From NCBI GenBank assembly GCA_001938485.1, contig MQRK01185218.1:33482-94979 (forward strand): DNA of 61,498 nt, in the 5' to 3' direction. The stretch comes from Girardia tigrina (taxonomy: Eukaryota). The notes under the pieces were generated by a model. The model was not told where the DNA came from, did not search any database, and was given only the letters and a program-made list of their open reading frames with translations. The position numbers and the translations under genes are program-made. Every line of letters begins with the position of its first letter. Position 1 is the first letter of the stretch. Positions 1 to 11,676 of this stretch are shown here, one piece after another.

Positions 1-313
1 AATACCTCGATTTCAGCACTTTAAAAATCTGTACGTACGACTGTAAAATAATGCTTATTACAAAGGTTACACCATCTCTTAGAAAATCCAAAAAACTAAG
101 TTATACACCTAATAGTAAAATGGTTAACTATTTTAGTGTGCATTTCATTTCCCACCAGAGAAATACACAGCGAGAAATATCGATTAATTATCCGACAATC
201 CGAAAGGATCTAAATAATTTTACTACAATATTCGAAGGAAATAATAAGGAATATTTTAGTCGAATTAAAAAATCGCATGAGATAATAAATATGAGTGAAG
301 CAACAGTGCTTAC

Positions 314-2522
314 ATCGAAGATTCGCTATGGTCCATTACCGCGATCCTGGACGGGTCGGAGTTGGTTTGGGCGATCTTGATACTGGATTGATCCTGCAGT
401 GTTATTATTATTCACAGATAACGTGCACCAATCTCATCTCATTTTTACTTTTGATATATCCGATTTCAATTTGTTACTTTGAACTTGAATCTTTTGCAAT
501 CCATTTGCAACCTCGGAAATGGAGTGACGAAGTATTTGAGATTCCTCGTCGACTCTCGTCATTAAATTCGCTATATCGTTTGATTTCACGATTTCTTCAC
601 GTAATTTTTTCTGTTCCGCTACAAACTTTCTAGATTGGAGTTATTGAAATTTTTAAACTACATTAATTGTACTTGAATGCTTCAACTGTTTCTTTGATTT
701 CCGGTTGCAGTTCTGTATCCTTTACTTGCTTCACAATGCTATAGATATAATAATTATCATATATTGTGATTATTTATTAAATAATTTGTGATTATTTATG
801 ATTATTTATTAATTAATTTGTGATTATTTATTAATTAATATGTAATTATTTTTTGATTAATTAGTGAATATTTACTAATTATTTTATGAATATTTATTAA
901 TTAATTTAGGAATATTTATTAATTAATTTGTGATTATTTATTAATTAATTTGTGTTTATTTATTAATTAATTTGTGAATATTTATGAATTAATTAGTGAT
1001 TATTTATGAATTAATTTGTGATTATTTATTAATTATTTTATGAATATTTATTAATTAATTTATGATTATTTATTAATTAATATGTAATTATTTATTGATT
1101 AATTAGTGAATATTTATTAATTAATTTATAATTATTTATTAATTAATTTGTGATTATTTACTAATTATTTTATGAATATTTATTAATTAATTTAGGAATA
1201 TTTATTAATTAATTTGTGATTAATTATTAATTAATTTGTGATTATTTATTAATTATTTTATGAATATTTATTAATTAATTTATGATTATTTATTAATTAA
1301 TTTGTGATTATTTATTAATTAATTTGTGATTATTTATGAATTAATTAAATAATTAATCATATCGAATAACAAAAAGCCAAATTAAACAACAAGTAAAAAC
1401 TGATATCGAACAATCGAACCTGAATTTTTGAGCCGAATCTTTCGAAACGTTCGATTTCGAAGATTCCGATATCGGCGATCCCCCTAAGCCTTTCTTGGCG
1501 CTAACAGACGTGCTGGCGAGCGGAGATGCCGTACTGGCCAGCGATTTAAAGCCGCCAGCAAGCGCTCCAAACGGCGCTGGTTGGACCGCAGTCGACGGAG
1601 TAGCGACCGACAGATTGAGAGACAATCCCCCGCTCGTCGTCGACGACACCGCGCCACCAAGCCCCAGTCCGAATCCCGATTGAATTGGCGCAGTAGACGA
1701 CGCGACAGACGCCTGAGGCAACGCGAACGAGAATGCCGGCGACGTCACCGCGCCAGAGGACGATTGAGTCGTCGAAAACGCTCCAAAACCCGATTGAGGC
1801 GCGTTATTGGCGGCCGTCGACGGTAGCGCTTGATTTGTGCCGCCAAATGGAGAATTTCCGGTCGATTTGGAGAGGAATCCGAGCGAAGTCGTGCCGGCAG
1901 AAGCCGTAGCGTTGCTCGTCGAGAGACCGAATGAAAATGTGGGGTTACTTCCGGAATTGTTGATCGAGATCGGATTGGGTGGATTGAGAGAGAACGCGCC
2001 GGTCGGATTTTGATTGGCGGTTGCTGGTGCGATCGATTGACCGACGAGTGAAGTGCCGTTGGTCGATAACGAGTTGGAATTGACGGAAAATATCGACGAA
2101 TTTGCGGTCGATTGATTGGCGGAATTTGGGAAATTCGAACCGGTGATATTTGTATTATTAAAGCCGAAATTTGTGGTTGTTGATTGACCGAAATTTACAG
2201 TTGACGGTTGACCTAAATTTGCAGTTGAAGATTGACTGAAAATTCCGTTTTGATTGGCGTTGAAACCGGTCGATTGATTTGTCTGATTCGAGAGATTTTG
2301 GAACATGTTTGATGATTGATTATTGATCGCTGTGGAGAAAGTCGATGATGGATTTGATGAAATGATACCGAAAGTTGGTTGGGGTTTGTTTAAATTAGAA
2401 TTGAAATTTGGTGTTTGTAATGAAAATGAACTGATAGTCGATTGTTGGTTGGAAGAAGTGTTGGAGTTGGGAAATAAATTCGTGGAATTATTATTGCCGA
2501 ATGTAAATCCTGATGTGTTCAT
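314..2522 (-). CDS. NUP58: Nucleoporin Nup58/p58-p45-like, partial. Exons 2522-1420, 738-673, 629-449, 393-314; the 3' end was not resolved.
   Basis: Exon 1 encodes an FG/S/T/N-rich domain. GT-AG splicing in consistent phases gives ..KKGLGG..KQVKDTELQPEIKETVEAFKKFVAEQKKLREEIVKS..LRHSISEVANGLQKIQVQSNKLKSDISKDQSSIKIA. This matches the Nup58 coiled-coil start (GLGG..KALKDENLP..VENLQKFVKEQKQVQEEI..AANGIQR). Confidence 0.85.
750..1352. repeat. AT-rich minisatellite (~21-22 bp unit, TTATTAATTAATTTGTGATTAT) in Nup58 intron 1
   Basis: Many degenerate tandem copies are directly visible. Confidence 0.9.
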
Positions 2523-3087
2523 TGGATTTGAATTGCTTTTTGTTTTGTTTTCTTTCGTTTGAAATGTTACTTGATTTTAAATGAAGCACGACAGTTGTTT
2601 ATTAAAACAAATTTTAATTTTTAATTTTTAATTTTTTATTAATATTACCGGAATTCTCCAAAAATAAGCCCATAAGCGTATTTTAAGCTGGGATTATTTT
2701 CGGAAAATTTCTCGAAATTACTTTTTTTTGAAAAATAAAGCATCGCAGATTTTATAAAATTATGTTTATTCATTTTTACTTAAATTAATTTTTTTCTTTT
2801 TATTTTTTTTTTTTTTACTCGCAAAAAAATTTTACTCCGAAAGATGTCCCAGATATTATCTACGGAAATATCCGATATATAGGAAAATCATAGCAAATGT
2901 TTATCATAATTAAAAACGCTATTTGTGTCCAATAATTTTAATTCATAATAAAATTATTAATTTGTACATTTTTCGAACATGAATGCGTTTTTGATGTTGT
3001 AAATAATATCTTCCATTCTTTTTATTAGCTTACTTTCTATAAATATATATATCCATGGACTTTAAAAACATATTTTTGAAGATTGGG

Positions 3088-3250
3088 GTCGAGAATTTCC
3101 AAAAACAAAATTTTCTAAATCGATAATTTCTAAAACTAAAATTTCTAAAATCAAAATTTAAAAAAAATAAAATTTTTAAAACGAGAATTTGTAAAATTAA
3201 AATTTATAGGACGAGAATTTCTGAAAACGAAATATTTGAAATAAAATTTA
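3088..3250. repeat. Degenerate short tandem repeat (CGAGAATTTCTAAAA-like)
   Basis: Recurrent gaatttc/aaatttctaaaa motifs. Confidence 0.55.
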
Positions 3251-3435
3251 TGTCGACGAACATAAAAAATGTAGTTTAGGTTTAGAGGTATTATTTCAAT
3301 ATTTTTCAAATCATAGTAAAATCACATTAACCTTTAACCATAAAACAGTCATTATTTTCTTTTAAGAAAAAAATATGAAAATGAAAAATATAAAACTTAG
3401 CTAAATTTCCAAATTAAAATAAATCAGATAAACAA

Positions 3436-6400
3436 ATTTATTAGTTTTGATAATAATTCTCCTCACATCCCCCTCTGTTTAAAAAGTCGTATCCATTCAA
3501 CGTTTCTTACAATGATACGCCCCCCATCAAATCTAATAATATAGCTTTTATCATGTCTCTTCTCAACAATTTTAGCTGGTCCTTCATATCTATCTTCGGT
3601 TTTTGACACATTTGGTTTTTTGATCAATACCAAGTCACCTACTTTAAATTCTCTTTCGATAAGTTGTTTGTCATCTTTATTATCGTTATTATTATTTTCT
3701 ACGATTGCTTTATACAATTTTGATCTTTTCTCTTGTCGTATTTCTACGTATTTAATTTCATCATCTTCTTTGTCAGTTTCGTCATACCATTCTCTTGAAA
3801 TCTTCTAGCCAAAAACGAGTTCTGCTGGGCTCATTTTTATTGTACTTTGTAGAGTACCATTGATTAAGAATTCTACTTCAGGCAGAATTTTAGTTCAATC
3901 TCTGCTTTTTTGTCTTTCAATGATATATGGATGGCATCTCTTATTATCCTAAATGGTCTTTCAATCTGCCCATTAATAGAATGATGATAAGGACTAATAA
4001 TATTTTACTTTTACAATTTTCTGCTAACTCTTTTACTAGTTTTGATTCAAATGATCTACCGCAATCACATATTATAATTTTTTGGAGTGCCAAACTTTAA
4101 AATCCATTTATTTTTCAAAGTATTTGCTACAGTGCGTTCTCCTTGATCTGGAACTGCAGTCAGCATTATATATTTACTGAATTGATCAATGATTGCCATT
4201 ATATATTTTTGTCTTCCAAATGATGTATTAAAAGGGCCACAAAAACCAATATGAATCGTTTCAAATAATGAAGTTGGTTTACTTTTAACTACTTTTTCTT
4301 TCGTTTTAGTCGTCAACACTTTTCTCTTCTGGCAATTTTCACAACTCTGCACAATTTCTTTAATTTTCTCTTTTCTATTTGCCATATCAAATTTTCGAGA
4401 TATGTATTCGTGAACTTTCTTAACTCCCGCGTTACATAGCAGCTCGTGAGTATGGGTTATAATTTTTCTTGTATTTTCTTCAGGAATACAAATTTTATCT
4501 TTTTGTGTATAAACAATGTTGTTCAATATTTTCCACTTTGTTTCCTTATTATTTTCAATCTCGTTCTTTATATCGTTTATTTCTTTGGAATCTTCCTGCC
4601 ATTCTGAATCATTATATTTGAACATTAAAGCCAAAATCTTGGTCTTCAGCATGCCGGTTTTGTGGTCTTCATGTATTGTTTGACATTGAGCACAAGTTTT
4701 ACAATCTATTCCTGATTGTGCATCGGCATTAGAGTGTTCTTCCCCTTTTCTATACTCCAACTGGATATCTAAGCTACTCAAATGATTAATCCATATCTGA
4801 AATTGAGGAGTTATGGGTTTCTTTGTTTTCAGCATAAACGTTATGGCTTTGTGGTCAGTACGGAGTTTGAAGCGTTTTCCGTACAAATAGTGCTTAAAAT
4901 GTTGGGTAAAATAAAATATAGCTAATAATTCTTTTCTTGTTATGCAATAACCAAGCTCATGCTTATTCATGGCTCGTGATCCATAAGTTATTGACTTTTC
5001 TCGTCCATTTTCGTCCAATTGCAATAAAACCGCTCCGATTCGGTCAAAACTTGCATCAGTATCGAAGATAAATTCATTTGAAAAATCTGGAAATGTTAAA
5101 ACTGGAGCTTTTGTAAGTTCTTTTTTCAAATTTTGAAACGCCTTCTCGCAGTCGTTTGTCCAACAAATTTTATTTTGTGTACTGCCACATAACGATTCTA
5201 GAACTTTCGAATATTTCGTATAATCCTTTATAAATCTTCGATAGTAATTGGTGAATCCAAGGAAACTTCTTAGTTTTTTAACACTTTAGCGTGTGCAGTT
5301 TGCACCACCAACTTCCGTCGTTGGAACGGGAAGAAAAAACAAATAGAACAAGCGTAAAATATATTGATACATGACATGAGAATACGAACCGAATCGGCAA
5401 AATAGGCGCATCTATCGGCATGATCATTGAATTGAATACTCGTGTATTGTTTGGGGATAATTGATTTGACGACTGAGTGTTTGCTAAAGTTGCTGGCTGT
5501 GCATTTGCTTTTGGTCGTGGTGGATTCCATATTTCTTATTTTTTAAATTTGTTTGCCACTTTGTTTAGTAAAACAAAAACATTAATTTTTGTTTATTCAT
5601 TTAATTTGTTGAATTTTTCTTTATAATGATTTTTTGGAATACCACAAACATATTTGGGACTTTCGAATTTTTCAATAGCTTCAATTTTTGATTTCTCAGT
5701 TTGAATTCCAATTGCATTTATTTGATGACCTAAAAATCTAATTTCTTCTTTCAAAAAGTGACATTTACTAGGGTTTATTTTTAGACCAGCTTCCTTTATC
5801 TTTTCAAAAATATTTTCAATTCTTTTATAGTGTTCTTTCAATGAGTTGGATAATATCAGGATATCATCTAAATAAACCACAGCTTCTTTCCAATTGAGTG
5901 GTCCTAGAACTTTATTCATTAATTTTTGAAATGTGGCGGGTGCAGCAGCTATACCAAACGGCATTCGATTAAAACAATATTGGGAAGATTTAGTTGAAAA
6001 AGCTGTTTTTAACTTCGAATCATCACTGAGCTCCACTTGATAAAATGCGTTACCAAGATCAATAGTACTAAAATACTTTTCTCCATATAAAATATCCATC
6101 ATTTCTGTAGTATTAGGAATAGGAAAAATTGGTCGTTCAGTGACTCCATTTAAAGCTCTATAATTCAAACAAATTCTTATATCTTCACTATCTCTTTTCT
6201 TTACACACACTAATGACGAATTCCACGGTGATTCACATTTATTTATTATACCATTGTCTTCCATTTCTTTAATGCTTTTATCAATTCTTTCGATTAAATG
6301 ATATGGTTGACGCCGAGGATTCATTACGATTGGTTTGCTATTAGTCACTATCTCAGGTTTTAATAAATTAGTTTTCCTGATATCCCAATTGTGTTTCATT

Positions 6401-7080
6401 ATAATATTTTCATATGTTTTTAATATTTCTTTTAATTTAATATCATTTACATTAGGGCTTTCATAAATATTTCGTTGATCTTCCAGTACATTTAAAGATT
6501 GAGAGATACTCTTATATTCTCTCATCAATTTAATATTAAATTGACTAAATAAATTAATACCTACAATTATACTCGGGGAAATTTTAGATGCTATATAAAA
6601 TTCTATTTTTTTCTTAATATTATTTAATTCGACATCCAAATAAACTCTTCCTACTATTTCTAAATTACTATCGTTAGCGCATCTTACTTTGGCGAATGAT
6701 TTATTAATCTCAAACTTCCCTATTTTGTTTAACAATTCTTCCTTAATAACACTTATTCTTGCTCGTGTATCAAGTAGGCACTTATTGTGGATTCCATTGA
6801 CTTTAATATTGACAATTGGTCTGCCATCGAATTTATCATAATCAATTATTTCATTTTTATTATTGAGTCTATCAATATTTTTAGAATTATTATCCTCAGA
6901 CAGTATCGCTATTTTATTATTATATATTACATCATTTATTAATGTACTTAATTCAATTAAACCATCTAAAATATTATCATCATACAATTTGCAAACATAC
7001 GTATTATCATTAGATAAATCATTTTCATGAAAATTATCAGTATTTAAATTGTTATAATTGTTGGGATATCTGCGTGAATT
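3436..7080 (-). mobile_element. Decayed Ty3/Gypsy pol (PR-RT-RNaseH-IN) with polypurine tract and truncated 3' LTR start
   Basis: Protease LLDTRARISV (DTG mutated); RT MPFG/YLDD; RNase H DTDAS/RTDH/NADA; integrase H..C..C and IDQFSKY; C-terminal FKVGDLVLIK..YEGP. Stops and frameshifts lie around 3800-4065. The PPT AAACAGAGGGGGA is followed by TGTGAGGAG at 3467. Confidence 0.95.
5285..5651. other. 367-bp unclassified insertion interrupting the Gypsy RT/connection region
   Basis: Removing it restores ..FESPK-C-VKKLRSFLGFTNYYRRFIKDY in frame. Confidence 0.75.
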
Positions 7081-7085
7081 TTATA

Positions 7086-7580
7086 TGTTAAAAGAAAAAC
7101 AAAACAATAAGACTTTTTTTAATAAATATTGTAATTCTTATTCACAATTATACAAGAATAAAAGAATAAAAGGTACACAAGTTTTAAAGAACTTAACTTA
7201 TTTATGAATTTCGATGTTGGGTAGCGGGACAACAACGTTTTGTTTATCCCAAGATGATTTTAGTTATATATAAAAATATATTACAGAAATATATAAATTA
7301 TATTTTAAATTCTTTTTGCTCGCACTTTAATCTCAATTGCCGATAGTTTTTTTTCCTTTTGTGAGGTTCTCTCTCTTACTGAATTTCTCAAGCATTTATA
7401 TAGTCAATTTAATCAGAAATTCTGATTACTTAACCTTGACTGGTGCACACGCACTAGAGATAATTTTCTTATTTCTATTAATTCCCTTGAGAGTGCTTTT
7501 CTTGGCTAATCTTGAATTGTGTCACAGGCAATAGAGATAATTTTCTTATCTCTATTAATTCACTTGAGAGCACTTTAACA
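7086..7580. mobile_element. Solo-LTR-like insertion between gag and pol
   Basis: Termini are TGTTAAA...TTTAACA, with an internal ~40-bp direct repeat (7454-7498 and 7533-7572). No target-site duplication was seen. Confidence 0.45.
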
Positions 7581-8219
7581 CGTCGTAGATAAGAAAATAA
7601 ACTTCTTTAGTTTTCTTTTTCAGTTAAAGTTGCAATTAAGTAATTAATTAATATAATTAAGCTTCCTTTTATAATATATTTTTAAATTAAAACTTTTTCT
7701 ATTTACTTGTAAAATAGCTTAATTATTTCCTTCTTAAAATTATCTTTCTTTTCTTTATTAGCTTGTTTACGCTTTTTATTTATTTTAATTCATTTATTTA
7801 TATATATTTTATATTTAATATGATAAAAGGATAAATAATTTTTATTATATCCATTTAATTAAAACAAAATATTAATTCTTAATATTTATAATTTTATATA
7901 CTCAACATAATTATTATTCGAATTATACACGTGAGAGTTACTATCAGAAATATTGATAAATAGCACACCATACTGGTTATCATCATAAAAATCATTATCA
8001 TACAAATTATCAGATTCATTATTCAATATACAACTTACATGATTCAGTGAATCGCCCCGATAACCTCCTCTCATGGCAAGGCTTTGGCATTTGGGTGTTT
8101 GTCAACCATCTCAGACGACTCGTCTGACACGAGTCCAGCTCCGAATCTTGGTATTCCACTTGATCATCGAATTCAGCGACTTTTTATCTCAGGTATGACT
8201 CCTTCCTCCTAGATTTGTA

Positions 8220-9416
8220 GCATTAGTGACGAAAATGTCCGGGCGTCTTGCAATGATAACATTGCACGTGTGGGCATTGACTTCGAACATGGCCTTTTTC
8301 TCTACATGCTCAGCATGTTTTTATTTGATGGGACAATTCTCTTCCTTGATATGCTTCTTTATTACTATAATGTTTACCCCTTCTGTTAAAATATTGTGTT
8401 TGTTTGGGCTTTTATATTTCTCTTCTTTCGCCATTATAGTTGTTATCTTCTTTCGGAACGGCCGAATACTCCATCTTCTCCATGTTTTCGAGCCGCATCT
8501 GCAAACTTGATAATATTGAAGTAATACTCGCAATCTGCGTGAGCATGTCTGCATTTTGTGTTTCAGGTGCGCATACTGTGACAGGGCTCGGAACAGGCTG
8601 AGTGCTGACCTGAAAACAACTGCTCTCATTTGATTGCTGAGTAAGCCAGATGTTGTCGGCTACAAGTGCCAGCGTCGGAAGCTCCTGATTTTCCATGACA
8701 GCCAAGATAGCTTGAGTCATGGGTGGCAATGATTTGAGGAAAAATCGCGACAGGATTTTGTTAGTGGGGTCCTGTGCTAATCCTGGTTGGATCTTCTCCA
8801 AGTCATTTGTGACCCGCTTCAGGAACTCCGAGGGCTTACTGAGACCGAGGACTTGCGTCTTGAAGTACTCCGCAAATGTGTCCTCAAAAGACGGCTCATG
8901 GGCGGCGAGAATGATTCGGCGAAGTTCGTCATATGGCTTCTGATGCTGGTACAAATGATCGGTGTGTTTGTACACCACTTGCATCAGTTCAGCCGGTAAG
9001 ATCGCCAGAGTATTGAGGAAGAAAGTCGGCTGTGCAGTGATGTGCTGCATCTTGAACCGCATGTCGACCACACTCAACCATCCTTTCGGTGATCCATCAC
9101 TGTCACTGAAATATGCCGGTGGGGGAATATTCACAGTGATTGCACTGATACTCGGGTCTGAATCGTCGGCGGGGGGTGGATTTGTCCCCGTATCCGATCC
9201 CCCGGGAAGATTCATGTGCACGATGACACGTGCATGATCTCGGATTCCGTACGCGGCCCAGGTGAGATGTGGTCGAATCGGCTTTGCGGCACACTCAAGC
9301 AAGAAACCGGTACGGAATTTTTTGGGAAGTGACGTAATTGCGTCATTTATTCGCGCCTCAAGGGCGACCGTCAACGTCGAGCTACCAAGAGCCCCCTCAA
9401 ATGTGATTTTGATCAC
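8220..9416 (-). pseudogene. Ubiquitin-like domain fused to Gypsy-type Gag, with two in-frame CCHC zinc knuckles beyond internal stops
   Basis: 9416-9198 encodes VIKITF..KPIRPHLTWAAYGIRDHARVIVHMNLPGG. A Gag core follows (PKGWLSVVDMRF..PYDELRRII..LGLSKPSEFL..FLKSLP..QAILA..LALVADNI, DUF7041-like). The same frame continues past TAA at 8412 to C*ACREKGHVRSQC and CYHCKTPGHFRH*C. Confidence 0.8.
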
Positions 9417-9659
9417 TCTTCGACCGGAACGACAGCGAGTAATGTCGTCTGTTGCTTGAAGCGGGCGGTTGGCGTGATGGCGCTTTATTGCGGGCAGGGT
9501 TAAGGGTGATGGGGTCAAGAATCGGGCAACAGTAGCAACAAAAAAGAATTTAAATTTAAAGAATTTAAATTGATTATTAACAAAAATTATTAAAATTATA
9601 GAATATAAAATATTAATACTCGCGACCCGAAATTTTAAAACTGAAAAAATCAGACTTAC

Positions 9660-10330
9660 ATCAATCGGTGCCGCATGACCGGTCACCGAGCGCGGCTGGA
9701 TCCATCGGGCTGGAGTCTGCATCTACTCGTCTCCCGTCAGGCGCTTGAAGGTTCGAAGCACTTCTGACACTATTTTGATGTGGATAAAGTCACCAATATC
9801 AGCATCCCTCAGCAGCACAGCGTCAGTGGACAGCGCGTCCTCGAGCTCCAGCCACTGTCCTCGTCGCAGAGCCGTCACGAGAGCGCCACTGGAAGTCTCC
9901 GGGCGAGTCCGTGCAGCAGTATCCGCCTAGGATAGCGCGCGCATCCGTGTCGTCGCTCACTTGCACCCGATTGATCGATCGGCCCATTTTATCGGCCATG
10001 AAATCTATCAGTGCCAATTTGCCTCTGCCTACGGGACCGAACACGAAGATTGATCGATTCGCCGCGATAAATGTCGCGATATCATCGATCTGCGAGGCGA
10101 ATTGACCAGGTTGCACGAATCGGTTCATTATCGGCCGATCGAGTTTCGTTTGAGTCGATGATTCCGATCGATTGGAATCGATATTATTCGGGGAAATTTT
10201 CGAACGTTTTTCAATCATATTTGAAATTTTCTTGGATTTTTTTCGTTTTTTCGATTGTCTATCTATCATTGTCGAAAATTGTTAATCGATTATTTATGAA
10301 ACCACTCAGTAAATTGCAATTGTGAAGACA
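9660..10330 (-). pseudogene. MDN1: Midasin (MDN1/Rea1) first AAA-domain fragment, frameshifted and interrupted
   Basis: IFVFGPVGRGK..RVQVSDDTDARAILGGYCCTDSPGDFQWR, then after a frameshift ALVTALRRGQWLELED, a ~155-bp insert, and HAAPID followed by a GTAAGT donor. This matches midasin GPIGCGK..VQLGDQTDSKMLLGMYRCTDVPGEFVWQPGTLTQA..GHWILLEDIDYAPLDV. Confidence 0.85.
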
Positions 10331-10559
10331 AGCAAATGATTTAGTAAAATGCAAACAAATTTCTTTGAATTCAAAATTTTTTATTTATTTACAACGATGA
10401 TTCAAACAAGTGTTCGATTTTTTTAATTCTCATTCACATCATAATATAGTTTTTAACATAATATAGTTTTTAACTTTTTTTAATGCAAATCTGAATTTCT
10501 CAGTTTCAAAAGTTTCAGGGGTCGCAAATCCAATTAAGATTTTTTTTTAAATTAAAAAA

Positions 10560-10824
10560 TTAAATTAAATATCACATTAAAAAAACTCTTAATTGGTTGC
10601 TACTGCTGATGCGATTTAGTGAACACTACAATGAGGAATATCATCAGTATATATATGGATTAATGCCGTCATCAATCTGGGTCAAACATACACTCATTCA
10701 TTTCACAATACACACTATTTCGGTCGTGACCTATTACATAACAATACAAAGATCACACCAAAAACATTCCATACATAAATTACACAACATGCATTTATTA
10801 GTTTTGATAATAATTCTCCTCACA
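10560..10824 (-). mobile_element. Candidate 5' LTR of the Gypsy element
   Basis: The first 32 bp (10824-10793) are identical to the post-PPT sequence at 3467-3436. The inner boundary is approximate. Confidence 0.6.
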
Positions 10825-11231
10825 GGCACTTCCCAGAAAAACAAATAATATATCATATATAATTAAAAAATTTATAAATAATGGTTTTTTTATAATTTAA
10901 CCATTTAATTTAATTTTTTTAACACTTTTGAATAATTATTTAATTTTTTTAACTTTTTAATGCGGTAAATATAATTTCAAATACATATTAAGCCAGAAAG
11001 GCTTAAAAAATAACTTTTTTGATTAAAACTTTTTTTTTAACTTTTATTATTTTTTAACTTTTTTTTATTAACTTTTTTTTATTAAAACTATTCATATAAG
11101 ACATTTTTGAATCCGTACAATTTGTTATTATAAGAATCATTTTTGTGAAATAAAAAACCATTACTTATAAATTTTTTAATTATATATGATATATTATTTG
11201 TTTTTCTGGGAAGTGCCTGTGAGGAGAATTA
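10811..11231. repeat. ~80-bp inverted repeat (10811-10890 and 11152-11231), plus an ~80-bp direct repeat (11076-11155 and 11311-11391)
   Basis: Near-identical copies read directly from the sequence. Confidence 0.9.
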
Positions 11232-11676
11232 GTAAATAGTAAACTTTTTATCAGCGATGTTTTGTCGTGATACTAATGATTATATATTATAATTCATTAT
11301 TAATTCAGAATTTTTATTAAAACTATTCATATAAGACATTTTTGAATCCGTACAATTTGTTATTATAAGAATCATTTTTTGTGAAATAAAATTTCTGGAT
11401 GTAAGAATCGTTTTTTTCTCACTTTAGATTTATTTCTGAACGATTCTGTGTCAAATAAAAAGAGAAGATAAACGACTTGATGAAATATGAATATTTTAAA
11501 ATAAATTTATGTATTTTGTATGTTTTGTTTTGATTGGTCATGAGGGGTCATGGTACTGATTTTGGTAACTTGTGATTAATCCGTGGTCGGCCTACGGACT
11601 GAAGTGCTTTACAATGTATCTTAGTAGTGTTATGTGAGTTTTTTATGACTGCGCGAATGAGTGTCCACAGTTTGAG

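Noticed and set aside
51-633. Plus-strand ORFs 51-380 and 295-633, and other short antisense ORFs over Nup58, gag and p66
   Set aside because: Shadows of real minus-strand coding sequence with no recognisable motifs.
750-1352. CRISPR-like array
   Set aside because: No unique spacers, no cas genes, and it lies in a eukaryotic intron.
1353-2522. Nup62/Nsp1 or Nup98 assignment of the FG ORF
   Set aside because: The spliced downstream exons match the Nup58 coiled coil, and the ORF tail after 1420 is intron.
8220-8414. Stop-codon reassignment or programmed readthrough explaining in-frame TAA/TGA
   Set aside because: Host genes here use standard stops and TGG for Trp. The same element also has frameshifts and a mutated protease site, consistent with decay.
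9417-9722. First ~100 aa of the 436-aa ORF, with a hydrophobic TM-like stretch, as a real Gag leader
   Set aside because: It runs through the insert/midasin exon end, a GTAAGT donor and AT-rich intron-like DNA, so it is most likely fortuitously open.
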